A DNA stretch of 63,400 nt, counting the filler, from Octopus bimaculoides (Eukaryota), in NCBI RefSeq assembly GCF_001194135.2. It is 5 parts of 5 records of this genome, joined end to end, with 100 filler letters (N's around TTAATTAATTAA, not from the genome) between each part and the next. Parts side by side here need not be neighbours in the genome. Positions count along the whole stretch, not along the records: positions 1 to 30,965 come from NC_069003.1; 4 more parts are not named here. One strand, 5' to 3'. Under the pieces are notes generated by a model, which was not told the DNA's origin, did no database searches, and was given only the letters and a program-made list of their open reading frames with translations. Position 1 is the stretch's first letter, and each line of letters opens with the position of its first letter. This document shows, piece by piece, positions 13,190 through 26,985 of this stretch. Both the position numbers and the translations under genes were made by a program.

Positions 13190-14720
13190 TGTAGAAACCA
13201 AACCAAAGATGAAATTAAGCAAGATGTGTTCCTCCGACTTGTTGAAGAGAGCAAGGATCAGAAAGAAATGAAGTACATTCAGCTGGGTGTGTACTGTGAA
13301 TGTCCTTGAATGATAGAGTACAAATGTGTTGAGAGAAAAACTGGGTATAAGAGGAATCAGAGACATCCCAAATACTTCAGCAAGTTTACAGTGATTTCTT
13401 GTGTGCTGTAAACCATCTACCATTTCTGTGGTGTGCCCTCCTTCCCTTGAGGGCATCAAACCATGGCAAGGATTTCAAACAATCCATCTCTATTCAATAC
13501 TGGAAGTCTTTGCAGGGCCTTTGCCCTCTACATTGTTCTTGTTGCCGAAGGGAGAAGGTTTTGTGGAGCACACTTTAGCCACACTGAAATTTGGTATAGA
13601 CCATTTCAGCGATTTCTGCAGCTTGTTTTGGACGGCATTTATCAAAACCTTTCCAACTGGTCTGCAAGGAGATTCTTCTATAGTTGTAATCACTTCTGTC
13701 CCCTTTGTTCTTGTCCAGGGTAACAATATCGCAATCTCTCATGTGCTATGACAGTTCTCTTTCTTTCCAGCACTCACACTATAGTTTGTATAAGTGACAT
13801 AAGATGCTCTTTGCACACTTGATGCCCTCTGATGGAATACCATTCCAATCCTGGTACTTTGACAGTGGGAAGACAATCAATGGCTTTACTCAGTTCTTCA
13901 ACAGGTGGTCATATATCTAGTTCCTTCATTACTAACAGACATTCCTCAGTGTCTAGCATAGTGTCTGAAGTGATGTTTTCTGTGGAGTAGATTTCAAAAT
14001 AATGCTCTATCCATCTTTCTATTTGTTTTCCTTTTGTCTTTGGTGATCTCACATGTTACAGTTTCCAGTGTTGTTTTTACTCATGATTGAGTCAATGACC
14101 TTTATTTCTTTGTACACTCCACGGATGACACCTGTGTCAGATGATGATTGAATACCTTTGCAAAGCTGTAGCCAATTTTTATTTGCATAATATCTAACTG
14201 TTTTCTAGGTCTTGCATCTTGCTGTTCTTAATGCTTGCAAGGTTCCCTGGGTGGGGTAGTGTTTATGTTGGAGTAGTGCTGCACACTTTGCCTCTGTAAC
14301 AGTGGGGAGCCTGTTTGAACTTGTTTTAAACCATTTCTGTGTCTAACTCCATTTCTTACCAAAATCCTGTGCCCCTGCAGTTAATGAGTCCACAAAGAAC
14401 ATATCCTCCTCCAGTAACCTAAAGAACTCTGCCACTTTATCTGATGTTGTGTCAAAATGACATCAGTACATTGCATATTGGTTGGTTTCATATTGTACAT
14501 ATTCATTGGCTGATATCAGTCTTATGAATGTCAGGTCCAGTATTGGTACCAGTGTTTGGGGTTGGAATGTCTTCAAGACACTTTGTGTGAACTTTATCTG
14601 GAGGCAAGTTTTTGTGGCCTACAGTCCATGGAGTATGTAGTACTCAAGCAATTGTTGTCCATTGTTATTTGTGCTGCCAGTTCCAAGCCACCCCAGAAAG
14701 TTTGGACAAGAGTCATGCTT
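13190..14720 (-). mobile_element. Decayed RTE LINE, endonuclease-to-RT region
   Basis: Minus-strand motifs IVTLDKNKGDRSDYNYRRISL and VYTKFQCG..TFSLRQQEQCR match RTE IVTLYKNKGDRSDCNNYRGISLL and YPESQCGF..IFSLRQLQEKCR. Confidence 0.85.
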
Positions 14721-15704
14721 GGTGGCTATATATGTGTACACACATTTTTAGACATGTGTATACATACACATATATACTTATACATATACATATATATATA
14801 TATGCATAAAACTAATACACCTGCTTGTTGTTTATACACCTGTCTTTGTCTTTTGTTTTTCTGTAAATTTCAACATGTATGTATATATATATATATATAT
14901 ATATNNNNNNNNNNNNNNNNNNNNNNNNNNNNNNNNNNNNNNNNNNNNNNNNNNNNNNNNNNNNNNNNNNNNNNNNNNNNNNNNNNNNNNNNNNNNNNNN
15001 NNNNNNNNNNNNNNNNNNNNNNNNNNNNNNNNNNNNNNNNNNNNNNNNNNNNNNNNNNNNNNNNNNNNNNNNNNNNNNNNNNNNNNNNNNNNNNNNNNNN
15101 NNNNNNNNNNNNNTATATATATATATATAGATATATATATACATACATACACACACACATACTTATATATATTTGTGTATGCAAAAAGGGTGGCACACCT
15201 GATAAAATCGATATTTTAAATATTGATCTTATCCTCATTATATATATATATATATATATATATATCATCATCATCATCATCATCGTTTAACGTCCGCTTT
15301 CCAGGCTAGCATGGGTTGGACGATTTGACTGAGGACTGTTTATGTCTCTGTCACTTAGTGGTTCAACAAAAAGGGTCCGATAGAATAAGCACCAGGCTTA
15401 CAAAGAATGAGTCCTGGGGTCAATTTGTTTGATTAAAGGTGGGGCACCAGCATAGCCACAGTCAGGTAACTGAAACAAGTGAAAGAAGAATATGTGTGTG
15501 TGTGTGTGTGTGTGTGTAATGTATATATATCGCTGGTAGGTGAATTGGCTGCTATGTCTAGTCGTGGATGTCTGTCATTGATAAGGTCAAGGAAGACCGA
15601 AATCATGTGCTTTGGCAGTTCCAGCAGCTGTAGCAGATGGTTATCACCCACCAGTGACGTTAACATGCACTTTAAGTAGAGACAAATATTAATTTCAAAT
15701 TTTG

Positions 15705-15890
15705 GCACAAGGCCAGCAATTTCGGGAGAGGGGCAAGTTAATTATGTAATTCAACTTGTACATCAAACCCCGAAAAGATGAAAGACAAAGTTGACCTTGG
15801 CAAAATTTGAACTCAGAACACGAAGACTGATGACATTTTACTAAGCATTTCGCCTGGCATGCTAACGATTCTGCCAGCTTGCCGATTTAA
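15705..15890 (-). mobile_element. Family-B SINE, CpG-decayed
   Basis: Reverse complement of the family at 35508. Confidence 0.85.
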
Positions 15891-16136
15891 GTGGAGATAA
15901 ACATTACCTCTTGATATTAATACCGTTTCTGTCACTATTAATTATATCTGTATGTATGTGATGGTTATGGATTAATTAGAACATGTTTAATGTTGTAGGT
16001 GTGTCATGTCATGTTGATTTCCTTGTTTAGCTTTTGTTTTTAAATGCTGCTACTGCCACTGCTGCTACAGATGTTGGTGTGCTTTCCATACAACCCTACT
16101 CAGAAGCAGTGCCAACTGCTAAAATGAAACTTTTGA

Positions 16137-16312
16137 TTAGGCGCAGGAGTGACTGTGTGGTAAGTAGCTTGCTTACCAATCACATGGTTGTGGGTTCATT
16201 CCCACTGCGTGGCACCTTGGGCAAGTGTCTTCTCCTATAGCCTCGGGCTGACCAAAGCCTTGTGAGTGGATTTGGTAGACGGAAACTGAAAGAAGCCCGT
16301 CGTATATATGTA
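16137..16312 (+). mobile_element. Family-A SINE 5' half, running into a gap
   Basis: Head identical in structure to 11593. Confidence 0.9.
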
Positions 16313-16944
16313 TATATATATATATNNNNNNNNNNNNNNNNNNNNNNNNNNNNNNNNNNNNNNNNNNNNNNNNNNNNNNNNNNNNNNNNNNNNNNNNNNN
16401 NNNNNNNNNNNNNNNNNNNNNNNNNNNNNNNNNNNNNNNNNNNNNNNNNNNNNNNNNNNNNNNNNNNNNNNNNNNNNNNNNNNNNNNNNNNNNNNNNNNN
16501 NNNNNNNNNNNNNNNNNNNNNNNNNNNNNNNNNNNNNNNNNNNNNNNNNNNNNNNNNNNNNNNNNNNNNNNNNNNNNNNNNNNNNNNNNNNNNNNNNNNN
16601 NNNNNNNNNNNNNNNNNNNNNNNNNNNNNNNNNNNNNNNNNNNNNNNNNNNNNNNNNNNNNNNNNNNNNNNNNNNNNNNNNNNNNNNNNNNNNNNNNNNN
16701 NNNNNNNNNNNNNNNNNNNNNNNNNNNNNNNNNNNNNNNNNNNNNNNNNNNNNNNNNNNNNNNNNNNNNNNNNNNNNNNNNNNNNNNNNNNNNNNNNNNN
16801 NNNNNNNNNNGTGTGTGTGTGTGTGTGTGTGTGTGTGCATGTGTGTGTCTGAGTGTGTAGACAGATATGCATATATACATACACTAATTTACAACTATAC
16901 ATATAACCACAGACATACACACACATATATTATTTTCTTTTATT

Positions 16945-17830
16945 CTTTTACTTGTTTCAGTCATTTGACTGTAGCCATGCTGGAGCACCACCTTCAGGGA
17001 TTTTAGTCAAACAAATCAACCCCAGGCTTATTTCTTAAGCCTAGTACTTATTCTCTCGGCCTATTCTGCTGAACTGCTAAGACACAGAGCTATAAATACA
17101 CCAACACCAGTTGTCAAGCAGCAATGGTGGGGAGCAAGCACACACACACATAGATATATACATATATATGTTTATATATATGATGGGCTTCTTTCAGTTT
17201 CCATCTACCAAATCCACTCACAAGGCTTTGGTCAGCCCGAGGCTAAAGTAGAAGTGGGACTGAACCCGGAACCATGTGGTTCACAAGCAAGCTACTTACC
17301 ACACAGCCACTTCTACGCCTATGTATATATATATATATATATCATCATCATCATCATTGTCTAACATCCACTTTTCATGGTGACATCAGTTGGACAGTTT
17401 GACATGGAGCTGTCCAGACTCCACTTGTCTGCTGTGGTATGGTGTCTATGGGTGGATGCCCTTCCTTACACCAATCACTTAACATAATGTGCTTGGTGCA
17501 TTTTACGTGTCACTGGCACATGTGCATTTATGCAGCAACAACACGAGTGCATTTATACAGCAATGGCGCAGGTGTTTTTCATGTGATACTGACACCTGAA
17601 AGGAGAAGATTGAATGTGTGCCAGACAATTATTTTTACTTTACGTATATTCTTTTAATTGTTTCAGTCATTTGACTGTGGCCATGCTGGTGCATCAAATT
17701 TAGTTAAACGAATCAACCCCAGGACTTATTCTTTGTAAGCCTAGTACTTATTCTATTGGTTCTTTTGCCGAACCGCTAAGTTATAGAGACGTAAATATAC
17801 TAACATCGGTTGTCAAGCCACAGTGGAAGG
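16945..17830 (-). mobile_element. Family-A SINE copies (16945-17320 and 17650-17830) separated by an RTE-tail fragment
   Basis: Reverse-complement similarity to 11593-11983. Confidence 0.85.
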
Positions 17831-18029
17831 ACAAACATAGACACACATATATCATCATCTTCATCATCATCATCGTTTAACGTCCGCTTTCCATGCTAGC
17901 ATGGGTTGGACGATTTGACTGAGGACTGGCGAACCAGATGGCTACACCAGGCTCCAATCTAATCAGGCAGAGTTTCTACAGCTGGATGCCCTTCCTATAC
18001 ATATATATGTATATCTCAGACCATCTTTG

Positions 18030-18350
18030 GTCATGACTGACCAGGGGATTGCACATAGAAAGTTACCTTCCCAGGCACAAGTCTGGGCAAGGTTGTTTAT
18101 GGAAGACCAGCAATCATCCATGCATACCGGCCTCCCCTCTCCACGCCACCAGTGTTATCCAAGGGAAAGGCAAAGGTCGATACAGCTTGGCACCTGTGAC
18201 GTAGCAACTCATTTCTACAGCTGAGTGAACTGGAGCAATGGGAAATAAAGTGTCTTGCTCAAGAACACAACACGCAGCCCGGTCTGGGATTCGAATGCAC
18301 AACCTCATGATCGTAAGCTGGATGCTCTAACCACTGAGCCATGCGCCTTC
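18030..18350 (-). mobile_element. tRNA-derived SINE
   Basis: Head GGCGCATGGCTCAGTGGTTAGAGC...TTCGAATCCC; core GTGTTCTTGAGCAAGACACTT. Confidence 0.88.
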
Positions 18351-19159
18351 ACACACATATATATATGATGGGCTTCTTTCAGTTTCCGCCTACCAAATCC
18401 NNNNNNNNNNNNNNNNNNNNNNNNNNNNNNNNNNNNNNNNNNNNNNNNNNNNNNNNNNNNNNNNNNNNNNNNNNNNNNNNNNNNNNNNNNNNNNNNNNNN
18501 NNNNNNNNNNNNNNNNNNNNNNNNNNNNNNNNNNNNNNNNNNNNNNNNNNNNNNNNNNNNNNNNNNNNNNNNNNNNNNNNNNNNNNNNNNNNNNNNNNNN
18601 NNNNNNNNNNNNNNNNNNNNNNNNNNNNNNNNNNNNNNNNNNNNNNNNNNNNNNNNNNNNNNNNNNNNNNNNNNNNNNNNNNNNNNNNNNNNNNNNNNNN
18701 NNNNNNNNNNNNNNNNNNNNNNNNNNNNNNNNNNNNNNNNNNNNNNNNNNNNNNNNNNNNNNNATATATATGGTAAACGGAAGATGGAATATACGAGAAT
18801 TTATTATTAATCACAACAATCATTTTGACACATCTAGCAACGATCTCTGACTGGTGGAACACTTAACAACTGGTTCAGGAATATCCAGCAGTGCAGATGT
18901 GTCACATCGGGTGATAAATAGACACAACTCATTAAAATAACAGTATAGTCCGCCCTTGAGTATAATACGCAGGGGATTTTTAGAGGGCTATACCTCTGAA
19001 AAATCTAAATCTTGTGTATAGTACGCACCCCTTCTCTAACTTGAGTCAAGGAGGTCTATATAACATCCTTGGTTTGTACACATATATGGTAACGTCCTTT
19101 ATTATTATTGTATATATAACATAATGCAAACGTGTAGCTTTTTCGAGGATTTACGGTAT

Positions 19160-20165
19160 ATTCATTTTACTGAATGCTTACTCAATCGAAGCCTTCAGTG
19201 AAGACACACAGTTGTGAGAAGTTGTGTTGGATATTGCTTCAGCTGCATTCCATAGTCAAAACTCACACGGATTCAAATCTGGTGTGCTAGAGGGCTAGAT
19301 ATCTTTAGGGACAAACATGGGAAATTCCTTCTTCAAAAATTCTTGCACTCTTTTCGAAGAACGGGCTGACATGGAGTCCTGTACAAACATGACTCCACTT
19401 GCAACATAATGCTTCCTAATCCAAAGCAACAAAACTTCTAAGATTTTGAGTTATTCTGCTGTATTGATTTTAAGAACTGCTTCAATAAAATGAAGAGGCA
19501 TCAATTTCCCATCACTTGCAACAGCTCCAAAGAGCATGAAGGAACTTGGGAATGGCTGTATGCTATCACTCGTGAGTTTTGACAGTTTGCAACTTCATGT
19601 ATCATGAACTTCCTTCCATCCACGAAGATGTTGATGTCTCCACCATGATGTTTCAGATGACTAAGAAGTTTGGGACTTCTTTCAACTCGAATGGCTTTGG
19701 AGTGGGTAGTTAGGATGCTACGGTGTCTCCTCATGTATGATTTTCATATGGAGGTCTTGTCTCACAGCCCTAGAAACAGTCATTTTACTGATTCCTCAAT
19801 CTTGAGCCAACTTCACCATCGATTCTGATGGGTTCAACTCAGTCGATCTTTCAAGTCCTGTTAAGAAGCAAGGTATGTGTTTTCAGTCACTACGAAAACT
19901 TCAAATTGGCTACAACTCTAAAAACAGTATATTTGGCATACTTTGTGGCTCTAACAATTTCTCCAGCACTTTTGCCGGCGCTGAATAATTTGGCAGTTAC
20001 ACTTCTACGGTTTAATTCTTTATTAACATTCATAGTTTGTTCAATCTGAAATACAAAATAGTACAAGTGATTATTCAAGTTGATAAATTTAGACTCCAAC
20101 AAAATCTATAAAATTAGAAAATATACCCGTTTGAAATTTGTCCCAATTTACCTGTTACACCCTAT
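19160..20165 (-). mobile_element. Decayed Tc1/mariner element with maT-like 37-residue spacing
   Basis: Minus strand FVQDSMSARSSKRVQEFLKKEFPMFVPKDI*PSSTPDLNPCEF has 37 residues between D and the final acidic residue; terminus TA-TAGGGTGTAACAGG. Confidence 0.88.
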
Positions 20166-20267
20166 ATATATANNNNNNNNNNNNNNNNNNNNNNNNNNNN
20201 NNNNNNNNNNNNNNNNNNNNNNNNNNNNNNNNNNNNNNNNNNNNNNNNNNNNNNNNNNNNNNNNNNG

Positions 20268-20606
20268 GCCATGCTGGAGCACCGCCTTTAGTCGAACAAA
20301 TCGACCCCAGGACTTATTCTTTGGAAGCCTATCGGTCTCTTTTGCCGAACTGCTAAGTTACGGGGACGTAAACACACCACCATCAGTTGTCAAGGGATGG
20401 TGGGGAGGACAAACACAGACACACAAACACACATATATATATACGACGGGTTTCTTTCAGTTTCCGTCTACCAAATCCACTCACAAGGCTTTGGTCGGCC
20501 CGAGGCTATAGTAGAAGACACTTGCCCAAGGTGCGATGCAGTGGGACTGAACCCGGAACCATGTGGTTGGTAAGCAAGCTACTTACCACACAGCCACTCC
20601 TGCACC
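20268..20606 (-). mobile_element. Family-A SINE
   Basis: Reverse-complement similarity to 11593-11983. Confidence 0.92.
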
Positions 20607-23600
20607 TATATATATATATAAACTTGCTAAGAGTTTATGTAATGTCTTTTTTCTATATCTGTCAGTAGAGGTCCCTTAGATTTTTGATTTTAGGTGTGTA
20701 GTTGAACAATTGAGGACTTCTGAATATCAGAGTGGTGCAATAGTGTTTTTGCTTGTAATTTGAATGGTGGTATATTTGGAAGCCGACAGTATCTACCAGA
20801 TTGTGCATTAAGATCCTCTCCAAAGCTAAAGTTTGGAACATGCCTCTGTAGGATTTTCTGTACTTATATGATAGTATTTTTCTCAGTTCATTTCACCACC
20901 GTTGTCTTTACATTGAGTAAATGTTGGGGAGTGTGTGCTGTTATGTGTAAAAATGTATGTGCATGTGTGTGTGTGTGTATGTGTGTGTATAATATTTCTA
21001 TTTGTCTTTCTCCTTTCCTTCCCGCTCACCACTCCACACCAAACAACACAACAAATATCGAACACGAAACAAGCAAATATGTTGTTTTTCTAACAAGTTC
21101 TCATTCTTTGTGAAGACATCAGTGCTGCAGACAGCATTGCTTGGCTATGTAGTTCATTCATGTTCCCTACTGGGATATCATACTGCTTGCGGTTTACCAT
21201 TACACCGACGACCAGCAGCAGCAGCAGCAGCTGTCTCGCAACACACACTTGCTATTGCACAATGCACATCTGGGTGTGTGTGTGTGGTGTGTGTGTGTGT
21301 GTGTGCGTTTGTGTGGATGTGTATAGCAAGAATTTCTCTTTCAAACATGATAAACACATGCTTCACTTTTAATTTAATATTTTTTAAAATTAACGACATT
21401 TCTGACTCCTTTTATTAATCCTTCATATTTAATTGGCAACAATAACATCTCTAATTCCTTTAATATTTCAATATCTTCTTTCTCAGCTTTATCTTGTGAA
21501 GATATTGGGGATGGTATGTATATATGTGTGTATGTATGTATGTATGTACACACACACATACATACAGATATATGTATATATACGTATATACATACACACA
21601 TATGTGGAGATATATGTGTGTGTGTGTGGATGAGCTAAGGTCCTTTGATGACCCTAAGTTGTTAATATGCCCATGTGTGTAAGTATAATAAACACTTATG
21701 TAACTTTACAGCTGATTAAAACATAAAAGTACTTTTATATATATTCTACTTGTTTCACAAAATTTCTCTATGCACACACACTTATACATACATACATACA
21801 TACATACATATACATATATATATATATATATGTATGTATGCTTTATTATTTTAATATTTTAATATTTATTTATTTATTTACTTGAGTATGTGTAAACGCA
21901 CATAACATGCACAATTGTATATATGTATATTAGTATGTGTGTGTGTTGGGAAATAGACGGGTGGCTGGATGGATAAACGGGTGGATGGTTGGTTAGGTAG
22001 ATAGATTTATGGATATATGGTTGAATGGAGATATTGATGGATGGCTGTTCAGAGAGGCAGATGATGGATGCAGGATCGATTGGAAAAAGGTGGGAGGACC
22101 GAAGAAATGGATAGCCAACCACATTTACACACGCACACGGTCATTGGTTGGTATGTATGTATATATATACAATGAGATACGCTCGTATGTATGTATATAT
22201 GTATGCATGCATGCATGTATGTATGTATGTATGTACGTATGTATGTATCATTTCTTTCTTTTTCTTACTTCCTTTTTTCCCTCTTTCTTTCTTCTATTTT
22301 CGCTAATGTTTGTATATTCTTCGGTTTGGGATTTGTATTTTAATGTGGTTTTGTATTATATATGTAGCATATACATACATGTTTTATACGTAATTATTAC
22401 CTCTGTCAGTCTGTCTGTCTGAATGTTAGTACGTGTAGCCTGTATGCATGTATATATGTATGCATGTATATATGTTTGTGCGTGCCTGTATGTATAATAT
22501 TTATTGCAATCCAAAGCTTCCCAAACTGTTCCTATCCATGTTCCTCTATCCAAAGATCACCAATACAAAACTCCGAGTTGTAATTTCTGAAACTTCAACT
22601 TTCAGTAAATTATGTAACTCCGCTTTCATTTCTGAATAGTACTTCCTCTTACTCGTCTTTACATCTCAACATGTATTTATCTAGATATCGAAATCTATAG
22701 AGGTATGTGGGCTATCTATCGTGTATGTGCGTGCGTGCGTGTGTATGTGTGCGCGTGTACGTACATGAAACGAAATTGATATGATGTTGGTGGTGCTGGC
22801 GGAGAAGTGTTGTATTTGGTGTCAAGCACAGTATGAAAGATGTTAGAGGCATTGATTGGTCGATAGAGTGGTGGCAGCTGTCTGTGGCAATTGATGTTAG
22901 AAATATGGATAACAGAAATATCAGCAGAGATAAAGAAATATGAATAAATAACGACGACCACAGCAGCAACGACTGGCTCAGTGGCCGCATAAGTAGTAGT
23001 AGTAGTAGTAGTAGCAGTAGTAGTAGCAGTAGTAGTAGTAATAGTGGCTGTAGCAGCAGTGGGATGTGTGTGACTGTAGCAGGAGTAGTTGTAGTGACTA
23101 GAGAGAGAGAATGTGTGTGTGTATGTGTATACACACAAACACATACACACACATATATATATATGAGTGTATGTGTATATATGTGTGTGTGTGAGACTAG
23201 CAGTAGTAGTAAGGAAAGGGTGAGGTGGAGTGGGGTGGAGTGTAACAACAACAGCAGCAGAAGCAGTAGCAGTAGGGGGCGTGGGTGACTGTAGCAGAAG
23301 TACGAGTAGAACTAGATCTAGGCCGGTGTAATAGTTTCAAACATGCCTCGTGAAAGTTCATCTGGATTAAGTGTGTCACCGTTTGGTTTTGTTTGTGTAT
23401 TATGTGCCTATATGTGTGTGTGTGTGTGTGTGTATATATATGTATATGCGTATAATATATAAACATACACATATCTGTACATAGATACATGCATATGATG
23501 TGTGTGCGTATATGTATGTACATGTGTGTTTATGTATGTATATGTATGCATATATGTATGTATATCATCATCATCTTTTAAAGTCTATTTTCCATGCTAG

Positions 23601-23660
23601 CATGGGTTGGACAGTTTGATACAATCTAACGGGTCCAAGGACTGCATTGACTTCCAATTT

Positions 23661-23709
<49 letters not shown>

Positions 23710-23934
23710 TGCATTTATATAATGATCTTTTTACATTATACACATAAAAAATGCTGAAAGAAGGAAAAGAAAGTGCACACAGGTACTAATTGTGTGTGTG
23801 TGTGCGTACTAAAGTTGGTTCTCTTCTGTTTTTCCCTCCTTGTCTTGTGCCATTTAAACATTAAACTCAATCAATCTCCTTTGACCATGAGGTCCTGTAA
23901 TGTCAATTATTGCCTCTTAATATTCTTTTCTACT

Positions 23935-24138
23935 CTAAGCACAAGGCCCAACATTTTTGGGGAGGGGGCCAGTCGATTAGATGGACCCTAGTATGCAACT
24001 GGTACTTAATTTATCGACCCTGAAAGGATAAAAGGCAAAGTCGACCTCGGCAGAATTTGAACTCAGATCATAAAGACAGATAAAATACCACTAAGCATTT
24101 CGCCCAGCATGCTAACATCTCTGCCAGCTCGCTGCCTT
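23935..24138 (-). mobile_element. Family-B SINE, CpG-decayed
   Basis: Reverse complement of the 35508 family with CG to TG/CA changes. Confidence 0.88.
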
Positions 24139-25009
24139 ATTGTCCCTTAATATTAATAAATGTTTCTTTTAGTGTACCTGGCAACAGCAACTTGTCAACA
24201 AAAATAATCTTCATACCCCTTGCTACTCAACTGTGATGTCGTGAAGGTGTGTGGTGCAGTGTTTGATACAATCATCAGGGTGTGGGCTCCTTGTTTCCTT
24301 CAGCAAGGTACTTTATTTCCTCCACTCCATTCAACTGAAAAAGAGTACCAGTAGCTCCTGCGGGTTTAGTCACACTATGTAGTAGTGTCTTGTTGAATAG
24401 GAAGCTATGTACTGGCAGTTACCTAAAATACTTGGAAACCCAGATAAACTGTGGCCTCCTGAATTTCTATTTAGGATCAAGATTGATTCTATGGGAGGAA
24501 GTTGAACACCAGGAAACCTAAACATGTTGAACAAGAAATACAGTGGAATTAGAGCAGAAATATATTTCCTCTAACAACATTGAATTTCATGAAATGTTTC
24601 AGAAATATCATCATCATCATCATCGTCATTTAACGTCCATTCTCCATGCTGGCATGGGTTGGACGGTTTGACTGGGGCTGGCCAGCTGAATAACTGCCCA
24701 AGTTCCATTTGTCTGTTTTGGCATGGTTTCTACAGCTGGATGCCCTTCCTTAGTGCCCACCACTTTACAGAGAGTTCTGGGTACCTTTTATGTGGCACTG
24801 GTTTCATTTCCTTCAGGTCTTCACATGTCTTCAGTAAGTCACAGCCCATGTGTCACTGCCATGTAGAATAGCTGCATATTTTTTAATACATTTTTAAAAA
24901 TCAATTTATGAATTTGTCAATACATTTTACAGTTTTCCTATTGAAGTCAATGATGGTTGGGACAGAATATTCAAATATTTTATTCACACATAATACTGTA
25001 CAGCTGTGT

Positions 25010-25053
<44 letters not shown>

Positions 25054-25199
25054 CTATTAAAACTGTGATTTTACTTTGACATTGCTTTGAATTTTATATT
25101 ACTATTGAATACTTTTTCTTATGTGTCTGTATATAGGCACATACACACACGTGTATGTGCATATATACACATATATATATACACATACACATACACATA

Positions 25200-26010
25200 T
25201 CTCATCATCATCATTTAGCTTCTGTTTTCCATGCTGGCATGGGTTAGATGGTTCAACTGAAACTGGTAAGCTGGAGAGCTGCACCAGGTTCCAGTCTGAT
25301 TTTGTCTTGGTTTCTACAGGTGGATGCCCTTCTTAATGCCATCCACTCTAAGAGCATAATAGGTGCCTTTTAATGTCACTGGCACAGGTGCCTTTCACGT
25401 GTCACTGACACTGTCCACAACTACAATTTCACTTGACCTCACGAGTCTTTTCAAACACACCAAACTGCCAAAGATCTTGATCATTTATAATCACCTCTGT
25501 GAGACCCAATAATCAAAGATCATGCTTCACCACCTTGTCCCATGTCTTCCTGGGTCTATCTCTTTCACAGGTTCCCTCCACAGTTAAGGATTGACACCTC
25601 TTTATGCAGCTTTCCTTGTTTATACATATCACATGACCATACCAGTGCAGTCTTCTCTCTTGCTCACCACATCTGATGCCTCTTATGCCCAAGTTTTCCC
25701 TCAAGGCACTTACACTCTGTTGTACATGCACAGACATTGCATATCCAGTGAAGAATACAAGCTTCGTTTTTTTCAAGCCTTCACATGTCCTCTGCAGTCA
25801 CAAGCCATGTTTGACTGTTGTGTAGCATGGCTGTTTGCACCCAGGCATCATGCAATCAGCCTTTCACTCTGGTAGAAGCTCTCTGAACTTTGTCCAGCCT
25901 ATTCTTATTCTAGCAACTACACTCTCGGAACATCCACCTCCACTGCTGACTTGGTCACACAGATAATGGAAGCTATCAGCTACTTCTAAGTATCCCCCTG
26001 CCATTTGATA
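25200..26010 (-). mobile_element. RTE LINE 3' third
   Basis: LEVADSFHYLCDQVSSGGGCSESVVARIRIGWTKFRELLP and RRLHWYGHV...RDRPRKTWDKVVKHDL, followed by the tail. Confidence 0.9.
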
Positions 26011-26254
26011 CATATATACATATATATGTATATATATATATGTATATGGCAAATGAAAAACAGAAGATGGAATATACAAGAATTAATTAATCACAACAAT
26101 TGTTTCAACACATCTAGCATTGATCCCTCACTGGTGGGAAACTCAACAACTGGTTTGGGAGCATCCAACAGTGCAGATGTTTCTCGTTGGGTGATAAATA
26201 GACACAACTTGTTGAAATGATAGTTCCGCAATGTAACTTCTCATATATATAGGT

Positions 26255-26985
26255 GTCACATTGGGCAAGTGTCTTCTACTACAGCCTCAGGCTGACCAAA
26301 GCCTTGTGAGTGGATCAGGTAAACAGAAGTTGAAAGAAGCCTGTCGTATATGTGTAGGTATGTATTTGTGAGTGTGTGTCTTTGTGCCTGTGTTTGTCCT
26401 CCCACTATCACCTGACAATCGATGTTGAAGTGTTTATGTCCCCGTAACTTAACATTTCAGCAAAAGAGACCGATAGAATAAGTACTAGGCTTACAAAGAA
26501 TAAGTCCTGGGGTCGATTTCTTTGACTAAAACCCAGCATGGCTGCATCCTAATGACTGAAACAAGTAAGAGAATGAAAGAATATATATATATATATACTC
26601 TTTTACTCTTTTATTTGTTTCAGTTATTTGACTGCGGCCATGCTGGAGCACCACCTTTAGTCGAGCAAATCGACCCCAGGACTTATTCTTTGTAAGCCTA
26701 GTACTTATTCTATCGGTCTGTTTGACCAAACCACTAAGTTACGGGGACATAAACACACCAGCATCGGTTGTCAAGCAATGCTTGGGGGACAAACACAGAC
26801 ACTCACACACATATATATATATACATATATACGACAGGCTTCTTTCAGTTTCCGTCTACCAAATCCACTCACAAGGCTTTGGTCGGCCCGAGGCTATAGT
26901 AGAAGACACTTGCCCAAGATGCCATGCAGTGGGACTCAACCCGGAACCATGTGGTTGGTAAGCAAGCTACTTACTACACAGCCAT
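26255..26985. mobile_element. Two family-A SINEs, tail-to-tail (26255-26578 +, 26595-26985 -)
   Basis: Colinear inverted similarity around a short (TA)n centre. Confidence 0.92.

Noticed and set aside
16031-16125. Cys-rich frame KCCYCHCCYRCWC
   Set aside because: It derives from a degenerate (CTG/CTA)n tract and ends in a stop with no donor site
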